Of a stretch of DNA of 64,000 nt, positions 25,851 to 37,920 are shown piece after piece. A program made the position numbers and the translations under genes. The DNA comes from Octopus sinensis (lineage: Eukaryota). The first letter of the stretch is position 1. Every line of letters starts with the position of its first letter. A model generated the notes under the pieces. It saw nothing but the letters and a program-made list of their open reading frames with translations, was not told the DNA's origin and did not search any database. Where the stretch lies: positions 147,188,001 through 147,252,000 of the forward strand of contig NC_042999.1 in the NCBI RefSeq assembly GCF_006345805.1. The letters run 5' to 3'.

Positions 25851-26384
25851 TGCTCAAGAGATAGTAGTTGCTGGGGGGGGGGGACCTCTTAGTCTCCTGA
25901 CTACCAATATTTTTTGAGCCAGTCCGCCACTGCCTTTGAAGCTGCCCAAGCCCACTCAGTTGGTAAAAATGCACAGCAACTGCGTCGGACCACCAGATGG
26001 CGAATAATGACGCTAGACAAATCTGGTAAACCGGCCTTGTGAGTCTACTACTCTGGAATGTCGTTCATCTTTCACCTTGATATATATATATATTTATATA
26101 TATATATAAATGTGAAAAATTGAATATTAATTTGATTAACATCAATTTAAAACCAGTGGTCTAGCATATTGAAAAGTCTGAAGTTTCAGAAAAAATTATA
26201 TTAAAGATATATGTCCTCTAAGTGGACATCCATTATGCTCAAAGAAGATCTACTATAGTCTTACCACTAAGAAAGAAATGTTCTCAAAAGGAAAGGAATG
26301 TTCTCTTGAGAACATTCCCTTCTTAGTGGTAAGGCCATAGCGGATCTTCTTCTAGTATAATGGATGACTACTTACAGCCCTTCC

Positions 26385-26413
26385 CTCTTTTATGTATATA
26401 TGTATATATATAT

Positions 26414-26463
<50 letters not shown>

Positions 26464-26552
26464 CGTACATACATACATACATACATACATACATACATAC
26501 ATACATACATACATACATACATACATACATACATACATACATACATACATAA
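26385..26552. repeat. (TA)n-(TACA)n microsatellite
   Basis: Directly visible. Confidence 0.97.
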
Positions 26553-27179
26553 TTGTGCTTGTCTGTGTGAGTGTTCTTTATTTCCTTTGTATTTCAATAG
26601 AATCGCTCGTAAAATAAAACAAGTTCAAAGTAAGCCGATGTGTTCTGCTGTGTCTGCAGAGCTACTTCTTTTCAGGCTACAGAAATTCACCTTCTTTGAT
26701 AAAATTTATTGGCTGTTTTATTTTATTTTGCTTCCGACGCTGACCATCAAAAGTTTCCTAGGATTCTAATTCCATTATATTTCCATTCTTCTGTCAAAAT
26801 TTTAAATTACAAAATAAAGCCGAAATATATTATATATAGATACCCATATTAGAGTTTGAATTCAAATTATGACTTGCAAAGAGATACCTCGACAAGTAAG
26901 AGAATTTTATGATTCGGGTATTTTTTTTTTTCATGTGATATTGATTTTTTATTAGTGATGATTGAGTGGCCAGAATACTAGTTACGCTGACTGATTCCAT
27001 TAAAAAGTTTCAATACCTGATTTTAAACTATTTCATTTCAAATACATTGCTAAGTCCCATGGGAATGGGTTATATGAGAAAACCTGACCAGTTTCCGATT
27101 CATAAAACATGAAAACATAGATAGTGTGTATTACTTTAAGTTAAAATGAAATTCATCTGTTATTATTAAGCACGTATGT

Positions 27180-27418
27180 TTTATCTTTAATCTTTTACTT
27201 GTTTCAGTCATTGGTTTGCGGCCACGCTGGGGTACTTCATTGGAGAGTTTTAGCCCATACTTACCTTTTTGTTATTTTTAAAGTCTGATACCACTTCCAT
27301 CGCTTTTCGTCCAGCCGCTACCTTACGAAGACATGATCAAAACAACAGCGGTTGTCAACCGATGCTAGGCTGACAAACACAAAATACACAATCGCGCACA
27401 CGTGCCTATATATTTATC

Positions 27419-27453
<35 letters not shown>

Positions 27454-27640
27454 GAGACAGACAGACAGATGGCAGGCTTTCTCACTGTCTCTTTTAATAA
27501 AATTCACTCAAAAGGCATTTGTTGATCCGGGGAATATAGTATAAGAAACTTGCCCAAGGTGTCGTGTTGTGGGATTGAACGCGATACAATATGCTTCCAA
27601 AGAGAGGTTCTTAACTACGCACCCAAGAGTGCATCTTATG
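27180..27640 (-). mobile_element. SINE family B copy (CORE-like central block), decayed
   Basis: cttgcccaaggtg...gtgggattgaac and tgtttcagtcattggtttgcggccacgctgg match the reverse complement of 34864-35262. Confidence 0.7.
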
Positions 27641-27825
27641 TAAATTTATTTTAGACAATAATAAAGATGTTGTGGTTCTTATACATTTCTCATGATCATT
27701 ATTGACCTGGAAGGAATTTAGTTTAAATCTAGTAGTGAGATCTCATCATAAGCCGTTGTTGGCCTTTGCGATTGATACTGCTGTGTGTGACATAAATTTC
27801 CTTAAAATAATCGGAGTGAATTACT

Positions 27826-28045
27826 TCAGCCAAGGTTGCTGTCGACAGTTAAACCGAAGTCTCTGATATTATGCGACGGTTCAAGTAGGTCTCCCGACGG
27901 TAGTGTCTGTGGTTGTTTGGGTGTTCCCTCTTTTCCAAAGTGGATGGACTGAAATTTTTCTTCGTTCAACTGCATATTGCTTTTTGTGCTTAGTGGGTTA
28001 CTGCTCATAGGTTCATTTAATGCTCCGTTAATGACATTCTGGAAC
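27826..28045 (-). pseudogene. CR1-like LINE reverse transcriptase C-terminal fragment
   Basis: NMQLNEEKFQSIHFG...LPSGDLLEPSHNIRDFGLTVDSNL matches the CR1/L2-type N..KF...HFG...DLG..VD..L block. Confidence 0.75.
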
Positions 28046-28183
28046 TTAGTCATCTGTAAATATTTCTATGGTGCTATGTTCAATGGAATCTGCATTCAAA
28101 GAAGAAAAGCTGCTTGAGTCACCTGAATCCAGGTCACTGAAAACAAAGCAGTATTGACTTTTCAGGATTTGGGTCATGTCTTT

Positions 28184-28234
<51 letters not shown>

Positions 28235-28239
<5 letters not shown>

Positions 28240-29245
28240 AACTGGGAGAAGAACGTGAAACACCTAGAAGATGACACAAGAAACACAGGACGGGACATTC
28301 GAAGTCCTCAATCATCAGTCAAGAACCGGATCATCTTCGCAATTTCGGCTGATTAATCTTGAGATTGCTCCGATCTGGGCAGCCCCCAAGGGAAATCTAA
28401 GCCAAGCGCATTAGATCCCTTGGAAGAAAGCCTCGAATGTATACAACACAAGGACGGAAAACGGAGGATGTACACGAATAAAAATACAAAAATACGTAAA
28501 AACAATAAGGAAAGCACGAATAAGAATACAAATACGTAAAAACAATAATCGTAAGGATAAAAACAAAACCAGGACGTCAGGACAAGGGTCTTTCGACAGG
28601 ACGAGTTGAGTTTGGGGCTGGCTAGTGGAAGAGTGCATTCAGGCCACAGGAGACAAACAAATAGGTGTTGCTACAACGACTGCTGGATGCGAAAAGGCAA
28701 AGCAGCAGTAGCTGGCTGGTCATGTGGGGACAAAAGAGAGGAGAAAGGGACAGATGAGGAGAGAGAGAAGGGGAACAAGGGAGGAGAAGAAAGAGAGGGA
28801 AAGACACAGATCGAGGGGAGTGTAAGGTATGAGAGGCAGAGAAACGTAGGAGAGGGGGGCGGATGAAGAGAGAAAGAAAGAAGGGGAATAAGGGAGGAGG
28901 AGAAAGAGAGAGAGAAAGAGACAGATCAAGAGTCGTACCAGTGTTAGAGAGTATATACTTACGTATAGGATAAAAAAAGTGGGTACGTAGCCGCCATTAT
29001 ATATGTAAAAGTAAGAAAATATATACAAACTGGGACAAGAACGTGAAACACCTAGCAGACGACACAAGAAACACAGGACGGGACATGCGAAGCCCTCAAT
29101 CATCAGTCAAGAACCGGATCATCTTCGCAATTTCGGCTGATTAATCTTGAGATTGCTCCGATCTGGGCAGCCCCCAAGGGAAATCTAAGCCAAGCGCATT
29201 AGATCCCTTGGAAAAAAGCCTCGAATGTATACAACACAAGGACGG

Positions 29246-29248
<3 letters not shown>
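28235..29248. mobile_element. Non-coding element with 226-bp direct terminal repeats between (TA)n tracts
   Basis: 28235-28460 is nearly identical to 29023-29248 (offset 788). The interior is purine-rich with no credible ORF. Confidence 0.8.
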
Positions 29249-29291
<43 letters not shown>

Positions 29292-29429
29292 TCAGTAAAC
29301 ATTTAGATTCAGTTGAATATGGTACTTAGGTTAAAGGCACCAGAATTTAGTATGGTATTATCCATATAATTCAAAATGGGGTGATTATAATCAAAATAAG
29401 CAACAAGGATATCCTTGTTGATTATTTTG

Positions 29430-29479
<50 letters not shown>

Positions 29480-30513
29480 GTGAAGTCACATGACCTGCTG
29501 GTTAGAGTGTTGCACTCAGAATCGTACTCTTAATTCCTAGACTGTGTAGTGCATTGTAGGAGTCCATCGTATGTATGTATGTATGTATGTATGTATGTAT
29601 GTATGTATGTATGATAACTCTACTTAACTGGGCAGTAACAGTTATTTTATCGCGCGTTGAATAATGGCACCCAGAATGGAGCTTGACAGGATATGGATGA
29701 AATTTGAAATACACCTGAAGGAAACTGAATACTACGGAGCATGTTTTCCTTTGCACTCACATTTCTCTTCCAGTTCTAACTCTAATGACGGTACAATGCT
29801 AGCTTTAAAAATGCACTAAAAATACACTTATAATTAAAATGTGGCACAGGTAACCAGAATTAAGTTTGATTTTCTTTCAGTCAGACCTGTCAAAAGTTTC
29901 CCACAGTATACAGAAGACAATTAATAAGTTTAAAGAATAGTTCTTGTTTTTTTTTTCTACCTTCTCCTCCACCCTTATTTTTACTTTTCTTCAATCATAA
30001 GGCGATTACAGTAAATCTATCATGTGTTGCTATAATTAGTTTCAGGACATTAATTTTCTTTTTTCAGCAGGTTTGCTCTTTTGATATCGTTAACCATAGC
30101 ACAAAATCGATTCCTCTCAACTACTTTTAAAATGTCGCTTCGCTTTCTTTCTCTTGTTATTCCAATATATTTCATTGTAGTGATTTTCTTTCGTGTAACT
30201 TCGTTTTGAATTCATGTTTGTTAACAATAAGTCAAAATCATAAGTAGATCAAAAATTGAATTTAGAAATACTGTTTAGGCTTCAGTTTTACACACTTACA
30301 TACACATACACACACAAACATATATATGACTTCTTTGTTTGTTATGTTTTATTTCATTTCCTTTCTCTTATCGAGTTTTTTCGACAAAGATCTATACACA
30401 AATAGAAGACAACTCATTGTAAGATATGTGTAACATTTGATATTAATCTCTCTGATGAATGACTTTAACGTAGTTAATAGTAACATTCCATACACGTTTG
30501 CATACACATGTAG

Positions 30514-30551
<38 letters not shown>

Positions 30552-30732
30552 TCAACTGTATTTATCAACGTATCTGTCTGTTCAGCTGTCTCGCATACTC
30601 GGTTCTCGTTCATTCTCAGTCAGTCTGATTTTTTTCTCTCTGTCCCCGTTTTCTTATGTTAGCATATATATATACATATATAACTTATTTGGAAAAGGAT
30701 GCGTGGCGTTCGATCATATAATAATAATAATA

Positions 30733-30768
<36 letters not shown>

Positions 30769-31301
30769 TGTATGTATGTATGTATGTATGCATATATGCG
30801 TACGTACATGTACATACTTACAAATATATGCATATACACAAGCATATATGGGTACAGGATGTCAGAAAAACTAAACAACATGAACAACGAGACAGGCAAC
30901 ATAAAGGACAATCTTTTCATCAGTTGTCCACTGTTTTATTTACTCCGCATTTCGAGCATTAGGGCAAGAAGCGTCTTTCTCAAAACAGTTGCTCCCGCAA
31001 AACAAATTAAATAAAATTTGGGATTTGCGGAGTGTCAAAGTTGATAACAAAAACAGGACAGTGAAAACAAAACTAAGGGCCGTTAAGTCATGAGGAAGTG
31101 AAGTGGTGAACACTGGAGAAGAAGCTGAACGAGACGAAACAATTTTGAGTTAGGAGAAGAAAGATGACCGTTGGATACGTGTGAACAAAGATAGAGTGAA
31201 AGAGGAAGTGTGAGAGAGAGAGACAGAGACAGATAGTGAACGGTGAAGGGGAGGAGAAGAATTAGAGAAACGGTAAGAGAGAAGAAAATGATACAGAAAG
31301 A

Positions 31302-31337
<36 letters not shown>

Positions 31338-31432
31338 TAGAGATATTGGTAGAATAGTATCGCATCAGAATTATTAAGATAACACTTACTTAAAAAAGGA
31401 TACGTGACGTTCGATCATATAATAAAGTAGAT

Positions 31433-31512
<80 letters not shown>

Positions 31513-31513
<1 letters not shown>

Positions 31514-34098
31514 TATATAATTAGGGCTTAGTAAAATAAATTACTTTGCCACATACTGAACTTTCTAGAAATAGCAGCCAAAAAAAGTTTTTTAGCCATT
31601 TCCACTACTTAAAGAAAATTTCTCTCAGATAATGTTTACTGAAAATAACTCACGAAGGTATGGAGGTAAAAACAGAAAAATATCACAAGTACAAAGATTA
31701 TTTGAGAACGTCAACGTTTCTAGATTAGCCAAATAAACTCAGCATTTCTTTCGTCAGCTCAACATTTCTTATTTTGGATTTGGAAGCACTAAAAAGAAAG
31801 AACATATACTTTGGCGACTTATCACCTCAGATGACCCGTTCAGACTGCCAGTACCATCAAATTCAAAATGTGTAAGCGAAGATTCCCTGCTCTCCCCTTC
31901 CACCCACGTGGGTTATCTAGCAAACATTATATTTTAACGGTGAGAACCGAGGCAATATGACAGAGAGAAATGAATTATAATATCAACAATTGAGGGTAAA
32001 ATTAATTAGTTATTAATCAATTTCACCAAGTATTCAGTATGTAAAAGGACCATTTAAGGCGAATTCAAAATATTACATTATATAATTAGGGCTTAGTAAA
32101 ATAAATTACTTTGCCACATACTGAACTTTCTTGAAATAGCAGCCAAAAAAAGTTTTTTAGCCATTTCCACTACTTAAAGAAAATTTCTCTCAGATAATGT
32201 TTACTGAAAATAACTCACGAAGGTATGGAGGTAAAAACAGAAAAATATCACAAGTACAAAGATTATTTGAGAACGTCAACGTTTCTAGATTAGCCAAATA
32301 AACTCAGCATTTCTTTCGTCAGCTCAACATTTCTTATTTTGGATTTGGAAGCACTAAAAAGAAAGAACATATACTTTGGCGACTTATCACCTCAGATGAC
32401 CCGTTCAGACTGCCAGTACCATCAAATTCAAAATGTGTAAGCGAAGATTCCCTGCTCTCCCCTTCCACCCACGTGGGTTATCTAGCAAACATTATATTTT
32501 AACGGTGAGAACCGAGGCAATATGACAGAGAGAAATGAATTATAATATCAACAATTGAGGGTAAAATTAATTAGTTATTAATCAATTTCACCAAGTATTC
32601 AGTATGTAAAAGGACCATTTAAGGCGAATTCAAAATATTACATTATATAATTAGGGCTTAGTAAAATAAATTACTTTGCCACATACTGAACTTTCTTGAA
32701 ATAGCAGCCAAAAAAAGTTTTTTAGCCATTCCACTACTTAAAGAAAATTTCTCTCAGATAATGTTTACTGAAAATAACTCACGAAGGTATGGAGGTAAAA
32801 ACAGAAAAATATCACAAGTACAAAGATTATTTGAGAACGTCAACGTTTCTAGATTAGCCAAATAAACTCAGCATTTCTTTCGTCAGCTCAACATTTCTTA
32901 TTTTGGATTTGGAAGCACTAAAAAGAAAGAACATATACTTTGGCGACTTATCACCTCAGATGACCCGTTCAGACTGCCAGTACCATCAAATTCAAAATGT
33001 GTAAGCGAAGATTCCCTGCTCTCCCCTTCCACCCACGTGGGTTATCTAGCAAACATTATATTTTAACGGTGAGAACCGAGGCAATATGACAGAGAGAAAT
33101 GAATTATAATATCAACAATTGAGGGTAAAATTAATTAGTTATTAATCAATTTCACCAAGTATTCAGTATGTAAAAGGACCGTTTAAGGCGAATTCAAAAT
33201 ATTACATTATATAATTAGGGCTTAGTAAAATAAATTACTTTGCCACATACTGAACTTTCTTGAAATAGCAGCCAAAAAAAGTTTTTTAGACATTTCCACT
33301 ACTTAAAGAAAATTTCTCTCAGATAATGTTTACTGAAAATAACTCACGAAGGTATGGAGGTAAAAACAGAAAAATATCACAAGTACAAAGATTATTTGAG
33401 AACGTCAACGTTTCTAGATTAGCCAAATAAACTCAGCATTTCTTTCGTCAGCTCAACATTTCTTATTTTGGATTTGGAAGCACTAAAAAGAAAGAACATA
33501 TACTTTGGCGACTTATCACCTCAGATGACCCGTTCAGACTGCCAGTACCATCAAATTCAAAATGTGTAAGCGAAGATTCCTGCTCTCCCCTTCCACCCAC
33601 GTGGGTTATCAAGCAAACATTATATTTTAACGGTGAGAACCGAGGCAATATGACAGAGAGAAATGAATTATAATATCAACAATTGAGGGTAAAATTAATT
33701 AGTATTAATCAATTTCACCAAGTATTCAGTATGTAAAAGGACCATTTAAGGCGAATTCAAAATATTACATTATATAATTAGGCTTAGTAAAATAAATTAC
33801 TTTGCCACATACTGAACTTTCTAGAAATAGCAGCCAAAAAAAGTTTTTTAGCCATTTCCACAACTTAAAGAAAATTTCTCTCAGATAATGTTTACTGAAA
33901 ATAACTCACGAAGGTATGGAGGTAAAAACAGAAAAATATCACAAGTACAAAGATTATTTGAGAACGTTAACGTTTCTCGATTAGCCAAATAAACTCAGCA
34001 TTTCTTTCGTCAGCTCAACATTTCTTATTTTGGATTTGGAAGCACTAAAAAGAAAGAACATACCCTTTGGCGACTTATCACCTCAGATGACCCGTTCA
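31513..34098 (-). repeat. Tandem array of a ~565-bp non-coding unit (4 complete + 1 partial copy), one type I HHR motif per unit
   Basis: Unit anchor ttagg(g)cttagtaaaat at 31521, 32086, 32651, 33215 and 33778; copies are nearly identical. Confidence 0.95.
31702..31762 (-). ncRNA. Type I hammerhead ribozyme motif (repeated at 32267, 32831, 33396, 33958)
   Basis: Minus strand reads UUGAG-CUGACGA-[stem II]-GAAAC-GUUGAC-GUU-CUCAA. Stem I is UUGAG/CUCAA and stem III is ACGU/ACGU. The base of stem II is a non-canonical A.A pair. Confidence 0.7.
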
Positions 34099-34652
34099 TT
34101 TCTCTCTGTCATATTGCCTCGGTTCTCACCGTTAAAATATAATGTTTGCTAGATAACCCACGTGGGTGGAAGGGGAGAGCAGGGAATCTTCGCTTGCACA
34201 TTTTGAATTTGTTGGTACTGGCAGTCTGAACGAATCATCTGAGGTGATAAGTCGCCAAAGGGTATGTTCTTTCTTTTTAGTGCTTCCAAATCCAAAATAA
34301 GAAATGTTGAGCTGACGAAAGAAATGCTGAGTTTATTTGGCTAATCGATAAACGTTAACGTTCTCAAATAATCTTTGTACTTGTGATATTTTTCTGTTTT
34401 TACCTCCATACCTTCGTGAGTTATTTTCAGTAAACATTATCTGAGAGAAATTTTCTTTAAGTAGTGGAAATGGCTAAAAAACTTTTTTTGGCTGCTATTT
34501 CTAGAAAGTTCAGTATGTGGCAAAGTAATTTATTTTACTAAGCCCTAATTATATAATGTAATATTTTGAATTCGCCTTAAATGGTCCTTTTACATACTGA
34601 ATACTTGGTGAAATTGATTAATAACTAATTAATTTTACCCTCAATTGTTGAT
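34095..34652 (+). repeat. Inverted copy of the 565-bp unit; its HHR (34307-34367) has G12->U
   Basis: Reverse complement of the array unit, joined via 4-nt microhomology TTCA (34095-34098) and ending in (TA)n. Confidence 0.92.
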
Positions 34653-34654
34653 AT

Positions 34655-34728
<74 letters not shown>

Positions 34729-34863
34729 ACGTGATCACCGTGACCGACCGATCAGATGTTGCTACAAATCGCTGGTCGCAATGCGCTTCACCTTGTTTTA
34801 GCCTCCAAATGATGCCACCCCGCTGGCTAAGCGAGCAGGCCAATATATATATAAATATATATC

Positions 34864-35261
34864 TATGTGGTAAGTAGCTTGCTTACCAACCACATGGTTG
34901 CGGGTTCAGTCCCACTGCGTGGCACCTTGGGCAAGTGTCTTCTACTATAGCCTCGGCCCGACCAAAGCCTTGTGAGTGGATTTGGAAGACGGAAACTGAA
35001 AGAAGCCCGTTGTTTATATGTATATATGTATGTGTGTGTGCGTGTATGTTTGTGTGTCTGTGTTTGTCCCCCTAGCATTGCTTGACAACCGGTGCTGGTG
35101 TGTTTATGTCCCCGTCACTTAGCGGTTCGGCAAAAGAGACCGATAGACCGATAGAGACTAGGCTTACAAAGAACAAGTCCCGGGGCTGAGTTGCTCGATT
35201 AAAGGCGGTGCTCCAGCATGGCCGTAGTCAAATGACTGAAACAAGTAAAAGAGTAAAAGAG

Positions 35262-35262
<1 letters not shown>
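34864..35262 (+). mobile_element. SINE family B, near full length
   Basis: tRNA-like head tgtggtaagtagcttgc...gggttcagtccc, CORE-like gcaccttgggcaagtgtctt, and tail tgactgaaacaagtaaaagag. Confidence 0.8.
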
Positions 35263-35339
<77 letters not shown>

Positions 35340-35344
35340 ATAAT

Positions 35345-36200
35345 TATATATAAGGGCTTAGTAAAATAAATTACTTTGCCACATACTGAACTCATTAGAA
35401 ATAGCAGCTAAAGAAATTTCTTCAGCTATTTCTAATACTTAAAGAAGATCTCTCTCAGATAGTGTTTGCCTAAACCAACTCACAAAAGTATGGGGGAAAA
35501 AACATTAAAAAATCAAGTGCAAAGGTTATTTGAGAACGTACGTTTCTAGATTAGTCAATTCGACATTTCTTTCTTCAGCTCAGAATTCCTTGAATCGGAT
35601 TTGGGAACACTGAAAGTCGGGAGCATACCCTTTCGGCTTCTAATCACCTCTAGAATTCTGCTCGAACTAAAAGTGCTATCAAATTCGAATATGCAAGCGA
35701 AGAATTTCTGCTCTCCCCTTTCCACCAGCGTGGGTTAAAATTGACAAACACCATGTATTAACGGTGAAAACCGCAGCATTTAGCAGAGAGAGATGAATTA
35801 TAATTTCAACAATTGAGGGTAAAATCCCGACTTTCAGTATTCCCAAATCCGATTCAAGGAATTCTGAGCTGAAGAAGGAAATGTCGAATTGACTAATCTA
35901 GAAACGTACGTTCTCAAATAACCTTTGCACTTGATTTTTTAATGTTTTTCCCCCATACTTTTGTGAGTTGGTGAAGCAAACACTATCTGAGAGAGATCTT
36001 CTTTAAGTATTAGAAATAGCTGAAGAAACTTCTTTAGCTGCTATTTCTAATGAGTTCAGTATGTGGCAAAGTAATTTATTTTACTAAGCCCTTATATATA
36101 ATGTAATATTTTGAATTCGCCTATAATGGTCCCTTTACATACTGAATACTTGGTGAAATTGATTAATAATTAATTAATTTTACCCTCAATTGTTGAAATT
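35345..36200. mobile_element. Fold-back element, diverged subfamily of the 565-bp unit; HHRs at 35531-35582 (-) and 35865-35916 (+)
   Basis: Forward part to 35825, then inverted part. UGAG-CUGAAGA-...-GAAAC-GUAC-GUU-CUCA occurs in both arms. Confidence 0.85.
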
Positions 36201-36207
36201 ATATATA

Positions 36208-36262
<55 letters not shown>

Positions 36263-36279
36263 TATATAGATACACACAC

Positions 36280-36455
36280 ATGCTTAGCGGTATTTCGCCC
36301 GTCGCTACGTCTTGAGTTCAAATTCCGCCGAGGTCAGATTTGCTTCTCATCCCTTCAGGGTCGAGAAATTAAGTACCAGTGAAACACTGGGGTCGATCAA
36401 ATCGACTCATCCCCTCCCCTAAAATGTTAGGCCTTGTACCTATAGTAGAAAGGAT
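36280..36455 (+). mobile_element. SINE family A copy
   Basis: gcttagcggtatttcg...gagttcaaattccgccgaggtc. Confidence 0.75.
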
Positions 36456-36499
36456 ATATATATAAATATGCGTGTGTGTGTGTGGGTGTGTCCAGTTTT

Positions 36500-36850
36500 G
36501 GACAAAAACCCTCAGTTATTTTTTCATTATTTTCTCCTTTTACTTGTTCCAGTCATTGGACTGTGGCCATGCTGGGGTCCCGCCCTGAAGAATTTTAGTC
36601 GAATGTATCGACACCACAATATTTTACTTGTTGCAGTTTTTAAACTGCGGCCACGCTGGAGCATTACCTTGAAGAATTTATAGACGACTCTAAAGAAACC
36701 AGAATTTTTTTGGAGCCTAGTCAAAACCATCTCTGTGAAATATTTCTTATTTTTTCTTCTGTACTTGTTAAATCATTAGACTCGACCATGCTGGGGCACA
36801 ACCTTGAAGAATGTTTGGTCGAATGTACCGAGCCCGGAAATTTTTTTGGG
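36500..36850 (-). mobile_element. SINE family B 3' fragments, tail segment repeated three times
   Basis: gccatgctgggg...gaagaattt motif near 36565, 36650 and 36787. Confidence 0.6.
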
Positions 36851-37244
36851 ATTTTGAACTAGCGCAGGAAGTTGAGCCTAGAAAGTCTCTCCGCATACTA
36901 GAAATAACAGCCAAATCTCTTCATTTTTTTATATATTCACGTAAACAATAACGGAAATCGCGATTGTGAAAAAAAGGGCAGCTCAGTCTCATTAATCTCT
37001 AAGTGCAGAGAAAAGAAAACAAAATAAATTAAATTTAGATTTTTAAATGCTGATTTTTCTGCGACTAAGAATTTTTTTTAGGTGGTACCCTAGCTTGGCT
37101 GCATTCCAATGACTGAAATAAGTAAAAATAGTTTTAGAAAATAACCAAGGGATTTTTGTCCGAGGGACTTTTGTCCGAGGGACTTTTGTCCCAGGGAGTT
37201 TTTCCCGGATTCCTCTTATGTGTTTATACACACACATGCATATA

Positions 37245-37920
37245 TGAGAATTTCGCCTCGCAAATAAATTTATTTGGTAACTAAAAATTCGAAACTAGGT
37301 ATAACGATAAAAAAAAATAACAAGGTTAAAGTTTTTATTTTTCATTTCCTTCCAAATTCCTCTTAAATATGTTTTTGGTCGTTTTCACTGCTTCTTTTAG
37401 CGTGTAAAGTTGCTTGTTGAAGGCAGCTTTTCTTGTGTTTAAATGTACACAATGTTTTATTGAGAATATGTTGTCTACTGACTTTTTATACATGCTAGGC
37501 CACTGGTAGTGGAATTTCTGAAGCACTCGCTACCCTATATATTTTACGTATATGTTTTTGGTAATTTTAGAAGACTAGTTCGGTATTTATTCATTTGCTG
37601 CCGACTGAAGCTGCACTTGCGTGGTGAATTTTAAAAAGTATAATATATAACGATGAGACACGTGCTATTTTGTCTCTTAATTATATGTTACTGTTATGGC
37701 GCGGTCACTGATGAGAACTTCGCTTGCAAATTATTTTATTTGCTAAATAAAAATTCGAAATCTGGGTATGACCCGTAACAAAATAACAAGGAAGAAGCTT
37801 TCAGTCTTCACTCCCTTCGAAATTGCTCTTAAATGTGGTTTTGGCCGTTTCGACTGCTTCTTCTAGCGTGTAAAGCTACTTGATAAAGGCTGCTTCTCTC
37901 GTGATTAATATTACACTATT
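37245..37920 (+). repeat. ~1.4 tandem copies of a ~467-bp non-coding unit with a type I HHR at the junction
   Basis: 37248-37450 repeats at 37714-37920; a related family member lies at 52260-52760. Confidence 0.8.
37703..37773 (+). ncRNA. Type I hammerhead ribozyme motif, canonical core
   Basis: GGUCA-CUGAUGA-GAA..UUC-GAAA-UCUGGG-UA-UGACC. Stem I is 5 bp, stem II has an inner GCAAAU/AUUUGC hairpin, and cleavage is predicted at GUA 37766-37768. Confidence 0.75.

Noticed and set aside
28300-28380. HHR in the 226-bp direct repeats
   Set aside because: GAAA precedes CUGAUGA, but no stem I or stem II consistent with type II could be formed.
30860-31000. HHR in a pLTR-like repeat
   Set aside because: CUGAUGA and GAAA are present on the minus strand but not in a foldable arrangement.
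31513-34098. CRISPR-like or telomeric array
   Set aside because: Units are 565-bp near-identical copies with no unique spacers, and TTAGGG occurs only once per unit.
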